Shown: piece by piece, positions 15,001 through 27,000 of the stretch
Numbering within the stretch: the first letter of the stretch is position 1
Layout of the letters: each line of letters opens with the position of its first letter
Assembly: GCA_028717245.1 (NCBI GenBank)
Contig: JAQUOD010000002.1
Span: 140,772-204,771, forward strand
Length of the DNA: 64,000 nucleotides
Origin: Candidatus Omnitrophota bacterium
GTDB lineage: Bacteria; Omnitrophota; Gorgyraeia; Gygaellales; Profunditerraquicolaceae
Reading direction: 5' to 3'
The notes under the pieces: generated by a model
Database searches by the model: none
Told to the model about the DNA's origin: nothing
The model's input: only the letters and a program-made list of their open reading frames with translations
Program-made: the position numbers and the translations under genes

Positions 15001-18000
15001 TGAATGTATTTAACGTGCCCATAGACTTAAGGGGCCTCTTAAAGACTATCTCTCTTGGCTATGGTGATTTGTTTAATATCTTCCTTGAGTTGGTTCAAGA
15101 GCAGCGCGAGGAAGGCAATGATATCGCCATCCAGCTGGATTATGTCCAGGACCCCGAGAAACTGGATTTGGCCTTAGAGTTCCTTAAATATTACGGCCTT
15201 ACCTCTAATATAGGTATGGAAATAGCCACTACCCATAACTTCGTCCGCGCAGCGGATTACTTTACTAAAAGCAGGCTGATTGAATTTGTAAGTTTTAATG
15301 ATGACCTTTTACTGATGAACTTTGCCTTAGCTAATTTAGACCATCATACTGATGTCCTGCTCTGGACCGGCCAGATGGTTCCCCTTATTGACAAGAATGA
15401 AAAAGATTTCCAGGATGCTTTAAAGATAGCCAGGGCAATGGTCAAGACAGCTATGGTAGATAGAGGAATATTATCAGCTCTGCCTGTTGAAGTTCCGAAG
15501 CGGAATAAGGAAGAGGGTGGTCAAACTAAAACTAATAAAAACCTCTCCAAAGGACTGACTCCAAAGGATGAAATTCCTATCAGGCAGGCAATAGAGTTAG
15601 CTTTTGCGCAAGGAAGAGTAGAGGAACCGAGCCAGAGAATGAAAGAAGTTTTTTGTCAGTATGCGCAAGATTTGCGCAAGCGAAGAGAGGAGGGCTCGGC
15701 GAGATTGCTGGAGAGGGCAGAATTTAGATTGGTTGAGCAGCCGAAATCAGAAATCAAATCCCGTTCCCCGCCTTATTGCCTCTGGTATAAATCCCCCGAG
15801 AAATTTCTCGTAGCTTGTGTCTATGAATATGAAGGAAATAAAATCATCCTCCTGCCTTCTTATTTAGTAGAACTCCTCCTATACCACAAAGAAATAGATT
15901 TACTTATCCGGATTTTATCCCACGAAGCAAGGCATATCTATAGGCCTTTTACATCAGATCAAGAACACAATCAAGATGTAGAAGATATACTTATTAAGTT
16001 AGAAGAATTAGAGAAGAGGCTAAAAGTCATAAGCCCGGATTATCAAGGCGGACTTTTAGAGATAATTTCAGGGCAGAGCCGCCTTATCCAGGCAGCGCCT
16101 GAAGGCCGCGCAGGAGAAGAGCTGGCCGTAATACTGGCAAACACCCTGTTAAACAAAGAAGCCACATTTAGAGCGCGAAAAGAAGCAGCAGAGGGATTAG
16201 CTAAGTTAGACCCTCAAATTACATTATCTGTTTTTAGAGCAGTATTAAGCGATGGGTTCACGGCCTCGCCTTTATGCCAGATATTAATTGAGCTTACGGC
16301 AGGGATTGGCAGCGCCGAGGCGGTTGAATTAATCATAGATGTATTAAATCATAGCAGTTGCCTGTTGGTTAGAAAAGAGGCAATTTTGTTGCTGGAGAGG
16401 TTTAATGATGAGAGGATTTATCCGGCGCTATTGCCTTTTCTTAAAACAGGAGGCGATATTCTCTTTGAAACCGCCGCGGGTGTGCTTTACGCGTATAAAA
16501 AGAAGAATCCAGCAGCATTTAGAGAGTTGGAGGAAAACAGTTTTAGTATTGTCTTCCTAAATCATCCTAATCCGGGTTATATGGATGCCCGTCAGTTACT
16601 TACCGAAACAGAAAGGGTTTTAGAGAGTGTGGGACTGTCCTTCTTTTTGAGTAATGGGCGCGAATACAGGTTTGATTATGTAAGGTCCATATTCATAGAT
16701 TTAGGATTTGAGATAACAGCGCAATATTTTGGCAGGGATATACCCGCCAGCTATCCGTTAGCAGCAACCGCAGGCCAAATAATTGAACTATACGGCCGAG
16801 AGGAACTTTATCTGATAGTTGCCAGAAAAAATGGACTGCCGCATCGCCTCGCACCTTTAAAAGTGCAGGATGCTCAACCTTCCGTGGCTGGTGGGGGGCA
16901 TTTAGGCGGTGCGGCAGTTATTTCGGCTCAAGGGCCGTTCTTTGACAATGGTGGAGGCGTTAATAAAACAGCCGAAACCTTAGAAAACCCCGGACCCTTA
17001 AGTTTAGAGTCAAAGGTAAAAAAATATGCCATAGATTTATGCTCTATTGATGAGGCCGTCCACTCCGGGGCATTAAGAGCCCTGGTGGAGATGGGAAGCA
17101 TAGCTGTTCCTTACCTGATTAAGATATTAAGAGATACTGACTGGTATCATGAGAATAACTTTCACATCCGCTTATATGTAAAAGAGGCCTTAGAAAAGAT
17201 TGGCTCACCGGCTATCCTTTACCTGATTGAGGCATTAGAAGACAGCCACAGCGATGTCCGCTCTGACGCAGCCGACGTCTTAGAAAAACTCCATGCCTTA
17301 ACCGTAGAATTAAAGATGAAAAGATACATTGTAGATTTAAGCGATAATGACAGCAGTGTCCGTGCCCAAGCAGCTGAAGCTATGGGTGATATGGGCCTGC
17401 CTGCCGTTCTCCTCTACCTGATGAAGGCGCTAAAAGATAGTGATATTTATGTCTGTTACAAAGCAGCCGAAGCCTTAGGAAAAATCGGGCCTGCGGCTGC
17501 ACCAGCTGTTTCTGCGTTGATTGAGGCCTTAAAAGCAAAAGAGAAGGAGTATAGTTGGTATCTGCGTTCCTACGCAGCCCAAGCTTTAGGAGAAATCGGC
17601 ATAGCCTCTATGCCTGTTATCGATGCCTTGACGGAAGCCGTAGAAGATAGTAACAGCGATGTCCGCGCCAAGGCCTGCACAGCCTTAGAAAAACTCAATG
17701 CCTTAACCGTAGAATTAAAGATAAAAAGATACATTTTGGATTTACGCGATAATATCTCCGGTTCAGCCCAAGCTTTAGGAGAAATCGGACTCCCGGCTCT
17801 CTTCGCTTTAGTTGAGGTATTAGAAGATAAAAATCTTAACAGCAATGTCCGTGCCCGGGCAGTTGAAGCCATAGGGTATATGGGCCCGCCTGCTGTCCAC
17901 TACCTGAAGAAGGCATTAAAAGATAGTGACGCGAATGTCTATTACAAAGCAGCCGAAGCCTTAGGAAAAATCGGGCCTGCGGCTGCATCTGCTGTCCGCC

Positions 18001-21000
18001 GGCTGGTTAAGTTATTAAAAGCAAAAAATATTTACTGGGCTATCCGTTCCTACGCAGCCCAAGCCTTAGGAGAAATCGGCATAGCCTCTATGCCTGTTAT
18101 CGATGCCTTGACGGAAGCCGTAGAAGATAGTAACAGCGATGTCCGCGCCAAGGCCTGCACAGCCTTAGAAAAACTCAATGCCTTAACCGTAGAATTAAAG
18201 ATAAAAAGATACATTCTGGATTTAGGCGATATTGACCCATATACCCGTTCCTACGCAGCCGAGGCCTTAGGGGAAATCGGGCCTGCGGCCGCGCCAGCAA
18301 TCCTTCATCTGATTAAGTTATTAGGAGATAGCCATAGCGATGTTTACTATAGAGTAGTCAAAGCCTTAGGAAAAATCGGGCTGCCGGCTGTGCTTGCTTT
18401 AATCGGGATTTTAGAAGATAGAAGTAAAGACAGCAATAGCCGCGGCCAAGCAGCCAAAGCCTTGGGAGAAATCGGCCTACCAATAGCCGCACCCGCTCTC
18501 CCTTACCTGATTAAGGCATTAGAAGATAGTGACAGCAATGTCTCTTCTAAAGCTGCTGAGGCCCTGCTAAAAATCGGACTACCAGTTAAAACCGCGTCCT
18601 CCACTTTGCTTAAGATAGCAGAAGATAGCCATATTGATAGCGATGTCCGCTCAAGGGCCGCTGACGCCTTAATAAAAATGGGCCTTTTTAGAGGGGTTAC
18701 TTATAGCGTATCCTCTATAAATAATCTTTTATCCCATGTTACCTTAGGAGGCAAATTGTATGCCGGCGAAGACCCGGACAGGTTTATTTTTAATCCTACC
18801 ATATCTGCCCAAGAATTAGCCGGTCAGATAAAAGCAAAGATAAGCAAAAGAGGCGAACTGCAGGTGTCCGTAGGTTTTGATACAGGAGAAGGCATCTACA
18901 AACACCGGGCTAAGTTTATTGCTCTCGCTTTATTCATTGCCTCTACTAACCTTAAGAATAAGAATTTCCGGGCATTAAAGAGCGTTACCCCAAGAGATCC
19001 CGATGCAGCCTGTGGCCTTATTATTAGAGGCAAAAATGTAAGTCCGGTAAACGAGATTAACGTTCAGGAGCACCGCATTGACTATATCTTGCAAATATCC
19101 AAAGATATAACCAAAGAAAACCTGGCCTATTTTATTTCCTTTATCCAGTACCTTAACTTAGGGCTTCTGCTTACTGTTGCTCACAGGAGCTATGCCCGGT
19201 TAATGGATAAAGGGTTTCCCGGGATACCTCCCCAACACCTCGCCATTATTGAGGCATACGAAGGCTTTGAAGCGGCTCTGGTGAAGCTCTTGAGAAGATA
19301 CGATTCTTTGGTTAGCCCTGATTCGATCAGAGAGATAGAAGACCAAGAAGAAGAACACAAGGAGAGGGTGCAGGCCTTATTAAAATACCTGTTAGAAGAG
19401 TGCCTCTGGCCGGATAAGATATGGTTAGTGGACTTACACCAGAAGGATACCTCCTGGAATATCCTCTTACCTTACTTAAGAGCCCCTGAGGCAGTCTTCT
19501 TACACCGGGAAGCAGAAGAGGGCGAGCTGCCTATAGGCGATAAATTTATCCGGGAGGCCCGCCAGCTCCTCTTTAATAAGGCCCTTGAGATTAAGGATAT
19601 CTTGGAAGTAAAGAGAAGCCTCTCTAGTTATCCCGCCAGTTTAAGCCCGGAGAGAGACCCCTTCCTGGATTTAGCTTATCCTGAACAGAGCGCCAGATAC
19701 GCTAAGGCAATGAAGTCTTTAATCGCACGAGGGAGATTTAACGAAAATATGCTCTCTGTTGCGCCTGCATGGATTGAATCTTTTGTTCCGGAAGAGAAAC
19801 TCTCTTGGGATAACGGCGGCTCTCCTGAAATTGCCCCGTATAATACTAGAAAGGAAACTACTCCCAGAAGAGAGCCTGCAGAGGTACCCGAGAGAGTTGC
19901 CCCTCGGCCTAAGCCTCAGCCCCTGCCTCAACCTCAAAAGGAACCAGCTACTCCAAAAATACCTGAAAAAGTGAGGGTTCCGTTTCTCAACAAGAGCCTT
20001 TCTTATTCACCACCTCAGACAATTAAATTCATCTTCCTGCATGAAAATAGTATTTTATCTCCGGCCCATAGTATACCTGTTCAGATAGAAAAAGCCTTGC
20101 CTCTTAAAATTATTTCTCCCGAAGGCCTCTTCTTACGAAAATTCAATTTAAAGGCAATTAGGAAAAATCAATACCTTGTGGATGACTTATATGGATTAGC
20201 ACAAAAAATTAAATCCGCATCCGGGGAAGAGATAATCTTCTTAATTACAGACGCAGATATTACGGGTTATCGCGATGGCGAGTTACGCCGGTATCTTTTT
20301 GGCCGCAGCTGGCCCGAAGACAAAGTTACAGTTATGTCCGTAAACCGCCCGTATTCACCCGATGAAAAGCTTTACGGGGAGCGTATCCTAAAGAATGCCC
20401 TGCACGAATTAGGGCATGCATTCGGCCTTAGGCATTGCGATAACCCCGGATGCGTAATGCAATTCTCCGAGACGGTAGAGGCCTTAGATAAAACAGGCTT
20501 AGAATTCTGCCCTTCTTGCAGAAGCAGGCTGGCATCTCCTCAGTTAATTGCAGCCTCTTTCGACAATGGCGGAACATCTCTTATTTTTCACGCCAAACGT
20601 AAGCCCGGGTTTACCAAAAACCAAGTAAACAGAGAGATAAGAAAGATACTAAAATCAGAACTCAAGGGATGGCAGGCGGCGGGTATGGATGAGCCTTATG
20701 TAATAGCTGCTTTAAGGCATTTTATTCTGAAAGGCGAGCAGGCCCAGTTATTTGAAATGCTTGTTAATGCAGGAAGGCTTATGAGAGGAGAGGCAAAAAC
20801 CTTTTTTGGGAATACGATAACCTACCAGGGCAATAAATATATGCCTATAGCCGATGATGACCCTGATCCTGCTTCGACCATAGTGCACGAAATGGAACAC
20901 CTCTCGGGAGTTATTGATGAAGGCAAATGCGTGCAAGCAGAAAAAGAATTCAGGGAGCGTAGGGATATGGTTGCCTATGGGTATCCGGCGCATAAACATT

Positions 21001-24000
21001 TTAAAGACAGAAGTTTTATAGGCCATGGGTTAATGCGGAGTATGATAATAGACCTTAGCGCGAAATTCAGCAGTATAGATAGGCTTGTTGCCGGCCCATC
21101 CTTAAAGAAAATTATGATTATTGCTTCGGATACGCCTTATGCGCCGATTTATATCTCAAGTATTTTACAAAGTAAATTAGGTAAGGGTATTGAGGAAATA
21201 TCGCTATTGTCTGAATACCGCTACTTAGGATTAAAAGGAGAAGAGTGCCTCAGCGAATTTATTAACCAGATTAGAGCAGCAGACCTTTGGGATTTACCCC
21301 AGCAGATACAAGGTATTTATCAGGGGTTAGAGAGTAGAATACCCGCGATGTTAGCGAAAAGTAAGATTAGTTTTGTGACGCAGGCTGCTAAAGGCGAATT
21401 TGATTTTGTATTTATGCCAGCCTCGCCCGCGCCGCAAGAGTTAGAGAAGGTCAAGGCAGCCCTACGTGAAGGAGGCATATTCGCAGAAGATAGCGGGACG
21501 GATATCTGCCTATTTAAGAAAGCCAAGGGAGAGCTAGTTAACGTCTATCACATAAATGAAAAACCAGACTACAAGAATAAATTGACCCTTTGGGATTTAC
21601 GCAATACTCCTAATGCCTGGTTAGGGGCAGAGAATGTCATGGTGGATGTTGAGAATAAATGGCTTAATAAATTAAGTTTTGAATTAGAATCGGTTTTTGC
21701 TGCCGAAAGGCCTGAGAGGGCATCACATCACGGTCTGTCACATTCTTCGCGGATGTGGGAGAAAGCCAAGATTCTGATTGAGCGGCTCAGATTAAATGTG
21801 GATATTGAAGTTTTAATTGCGGCGGTATTCTTACATGATATAGCCACAGCTTATAGCGATGAGCCACAACATGGAGAAATCAGCGCGCAAAAGGCTGAGC
21901 CAATCTTAAGAAAAATCGGGTTCCCCGAGGAAAAGATACTCGCTGTCTTAGAAGCAATTAGGCTGCACGATGCTTACGAGGCAAAGAGGCAAACGCCAGA
22001 GGCTAAGATTTTATTTGATGTTGACGAAATTGATGCTTTCGGCGTAATAGGTATCTGGAGATATCTGATGATTTATTATGACCGTGGCTGGGACTTAAAC
22101 CGGATGGCCACTCATATAGTTAATAATATCCAAGTAAGATTTAATAATTTGCATTTCGCAGAATCCCGCTCTATGTGTAAAGTGGATTATGAGTATGCTT
22201 TAGGATATTTTGAAAAACTATGCGCAGAACTAAAGTCCGGCTATGATATACAAAGCCCATTCGGAGCAGTCGGTATTTATAATCTCCTTGTTCAATATAA
22301 AACCTCTTCCTTTAAAGATACGCCCGCTTTAGCAAACAAGGAGCTTTCAAGTGAATTTAATACGTTAAGCCCAGAAAAGCAAGAAGCAAATAGGGACGGT
22401 TTTACTTTCGCTGTGGAATATCTTGACAGATTTTTAAAAAATAATGCAGGATCCGTAAATGCTACAGCTTTATCTTATGCTGAAGACGGCGCGCCTAAGA
22501 AGAGATCCGAAGACCAGCGAGGCTCTTTAGCAGGTACGTCACCTAAAATTATTATTGCGATCGCACTGGCTGCGGTTGGCGCCACACTCGCCGCCGTTTT
22601 CCTGCCGGGCTACGAGAAAGAAATCGCCGTCATAGCGCCCCTGCTTATGTTGCTGGGGATAATAAAATCAAGGAATTTTATTCTCAAAGAAGATTTTCGA
22701 TCCATTAATATCGGCGCACAGATAAATTCTTCAATATCCGCGTTCATCTGGCAGCTCATTAGCAAACACCTTAAGAATATCGATGAAAAACAGGAACTTG
22801 AATTACTGGAGAAGCTGGACAGCTTCATCGACAACCTTGTGAAATTGAATATTATTATGATTGGCGGCATGGGTAGCGGAACGCACTCAGTACCAATTAA
22901 TATTCATAACATAGTTATCGTTGATATTCGCGCCTTGCAAATGGACACTTTTGGAAACTTCAGGGTAGCCCTGAGCAATGGACAGAGTGCTGAAGACCTT
23001 ACGGTCCTGCAGAAGATAATGAGAAAGCTCTTAGATATTCAGGACAAGGTCGAACTGCTTAAGTACAAATGCATGCTGGAGGCGCCTATTTTACTTACTG
23101 GCCGCGGCAGAATCGAAGAAGATATGATCGAATACGAATCTGAACAGGCAATTGCTCAACTGGTAGAATCATTTATCGATGTTGAATATCCTGTCATGCT
23201 TATCCATGAACTGAGATATCTTTATTTCCTTATCGATTCCTGGAAAGGTTCTACGAACAAGGCAAGCACCGGGAAATCTATCCTGGCTCTTTTGGCAAAA
23301 CTGGAACAGGAAATTAAGCAAAAACTGCAAACGGTGGCTAACAAAGAAAACCGGGCTTTGACAATTCAAGATCAGGATATGCCCATCGGTATGAAAAAAG
23401 ATCTTGAACAGGCGCTGGTTGAACTTTACAAACTAAAGGAATTAGCTGAAAATCTGAAGGTTGAGCAGCCTTCCACCATTGAAACCGGCATCAAAAATGA
23501 TCTTCCGAAGATCTTGATAGGTAGAATGTTCAATGTCATCAGTTCGCTGAAAGAACGTTTCCGTATTAGCCCCTATGCATCATCCAAAGAAGAAGCCGCG
23601 GGAAAAATTATTGATTACTCAAACGATAACAGGCAGGATATACTTTCAAAACTCGACGATCTGGATCGGTCAATTAATATACTGGCGAGTGCCGGGGCGG
23701 ACGATAATTTTGTTTTATCTGAACATCTGGCAGATCTCACGCGGCAATTAAGTGAAACGTTCATTACGGCAATGGCTCTGCACAACCTGGAAAAAGCTCT
23801 GAGGGCCATTGAAGGAATCTTCAGAAAGATTATTACCCTTGAAGAAAAGGCGCGGAAACTGGGAAAAGACAGGGATACAACAAGGTTTGCTCCTAATGTA
23901 GATATTATCAGCAATATCGACAACCTCCTGCCGCTAATCGATCATCCGATAGTAATGGTGGGCATCCTGGATTATTTTAACCGGTATGTTGCCTTTAACC

Positions 24001-27000
24001 TGGATTTTACTGACCGCGAGGCAAAGGCCGATAAGTTGGAGTTACTGGATGAACTCAGGAAAGCAGTTGCCGTAAAGAAGGAAGAACTGACACATTCCCA
24101 GGATCAATCGGCTGGCATCATAGAAAAGGAAGATGTATCCCAAAAGATCAATGACTTATCTGCCGCTGAAAAACTTATTGATGATCTGGAAAAGAATATA
24201 AATCATCTAAGAGATTTTTCTGACGTTCAAAATCCAATTGATGAAACAATTAAATCATTAGACCAAAGAAAATTGCTTCCACCCGCAACTAACCTGCCGA
24301 CCATGACAGGACTGATGGGCCCCTTAGCGGCAGTGACTATCATCCTGTCAATGGTATTAGCACAATACATTTTAGGTTCAGGCTTCGGTCAGGCAATCGA
24401 TAGTGTGCGGCTTGTCCAGGCAGGGATACTGCCTGATCTTTCCCGGCTTGGGCTTGCGGGCCTCTTGCTCCCGCCTCTTGTTCTTCTCGGGATGGCGATG
24501 TCAGGAAAAGAAAGTCCGGCGTCCTTTCAAGCGGGAAAGAATGAAGCACTGATAAGGATGCGAATAGGGACTCTGCGATTGCAAGATTTGAAATATATTA
24601 CTTTTGAAGATGTTGAACGAATCACCATAAAAGGTTTGCTCCTTGGGCTTCTTACTGATCAGTCGGCGGACGTCAGGGCAGCAATAGCAGAAAAACTCTG
24701 GTTTGACGGAAAGATAACCGATAATGCAATGCTTGCAAATGTTGCAATTCAGGATTTGAATAACAGAATTCAAGAAATGGGAAAAGGTTTTGAGGAGGAC
24801 AAAAATGTCCGCCTTGCGATTGTTAAAACCCTGGTTCATATGCTCCCTCAGTTTATAAGAAATCCCAAACTAAACAAAAATAAGGCATTTGTGGGCAATT
24901 GTTATGCAAGCGTAGAAAGGGAGCTGGGTGCACTTTTGAAAGAAGAAGGCCCAATAAAGAAAGGGGCTGAAATTGCCTGGGCAGAATTTGTCAATATCGA
25001 TCCGGGTGATACGCTGGAGCTTCGAGAATCAAAAGAATTTAGCTTCAGCTTCAAGGCAGGATATGGCATAGATACGGCTGATATCTGGAATATGACCGTA
25101 GGAATAACTAAAGCAGACCTGGGTGAAATTCCTTCTGATGCTATTATCATTGGTCTTGATTCAAACATGACCGATCAAACCGGATTTGCTGACAAAGCAA
25201 TAAGGATTATTGCCAGCAAATTGTTTTTCCCGAGAAAAAGTAATTTATCATTGACAAAGGATCTCATTTTCCCGACAAAAGGTTCTTTGAACCCAGGGCA
25301 TGCTTTAGCGGTACTCCTTGGATCAATGATTGATGATGCGCGATTGAATAAAGCGCCCGGATGGAAATATGCGATAAGCGTAATTACCCATTCGCCAGAG
25401 TCGAAGACTCCGAATGAAAAGGAATTCAAATTAGCAATAAATAATGCATTGTTGTTAGCTGAAACAAATAAGGCTAGCTCGGTTACAATTACGATCTTTA
25501 AGGCAATTAATGACAAGACATCAGCAAAATGGATGCTTTCTGCAATTGAAGAATTTGCAAGAGACTCTAAGCCCAGGAATTTGAAAAGAATTATCATCGC
25601 TCTAGAAGACAATCACGAACAATATATGACATTCCTGAATGAATTGCTGTCAAAGGAGAAGCCAAAATATAGGCAACAAATTCCCCTTTCTCAAAAGAAT
25701 AACCAGAAAAATAAAGCTAATGAATCCTTGTCGCAAAAACCAGCCGCAGTAGTGCCGGATGAAAGCAGGCAAACATCAGCACAACTTGCCAGGGAAAAAA
25801 TATTGTCAGGTTCTTTTAATACAGAAGATCTAAAGCAAATAACATTAAAGGATATAGACCCTAAATTACTTGATGCGTTGTTGTTTCAGCTGCGCACCAA
25901 TCCTTCTGCCCAGATTCGAATGGAAATACCATCGGCTTTATGGTCGAAAGGAGAGATTACCTCGAATCTGGAATTGACATTAAAGGTAATATGGTCCTTG
26001 TCATGGCTTTTACGTAGAGGCTCTGAAGTACAAACTGATAGCATAGTCAAGCTATCAATGGCATTTCTTCTGGGTAACATTGAAATTGCCTACCTGAGTA
26101 ACCAGCAAATCAGGGAAAACCTTGACCATGCAGCCGCTGCTGCAAATGAAGACCTTAATATTCATTTTACCACCCTTCAGAACGAATTGGACGCGCTGTC
26201 AAATGACAAAAATGAAGACGTGAAAAATGCGGCAAATTTACTGTCCGCAAACATAAAAGAAAGGCTTGTTTTATTTAATATCTTAAACAAAATACCGGTA
26301 TTTGGCCGACGGCCGCCGGCGCAAAGAGGCCAGAATGCAACAAGCGCCGGTGCCCGTGAGCCGATTATAAACTTTGCTATACCCAGCAATGTCAAAAGCA
26401 TTTTAATAGGTAATCTCGAAATTGCAATAGTTAGAGAAGACATAGGCAAAATAAAATCCGACGCCGTTATCGTTTGCTTAAACTCCGATATGAAGGCTGA
26501 TACTGGAACCGCGGAGAAAATAGTTGCAACGGTTGCTGATACGGATTATTACAACCACAACCAAAAACTGGCACATGATTTTATATTCCCCAGGAAGGAT
26601 GTCAATGTCGGATCAGCCTTTGAAATATTTCTCAGAAACATCAAAAATGAGCCAAAATGGCAGACTGCTCCCGGCTGGCAGTATGTAATAAACACCATAA
26701 CCCACCAATCAAAATACGCGGGTCCCAGCATCAATAACTTCCAGTTGGCTATCAAGAGTGCGCTGGAACTGGCTGAAAAGTACAGGCTGAGATCAGTTAC
26801 GATACCGGTTATCAAGTTGAGCAACGATGAAACATCAGCCAACTGGTTGGTTACTCCTGTTGGAAACTTTATCAGGGATAAGAAACCCAGGAATTTGGAA
26901 AAGATAACAATTGTCGTCAACAGTACCAGTCAGCAAGCGGCTTTTACTAAAGCCTTGTTGAAACTGCGAAATCTTGCGGTCGAAGAAATGGCGAGAAGCT

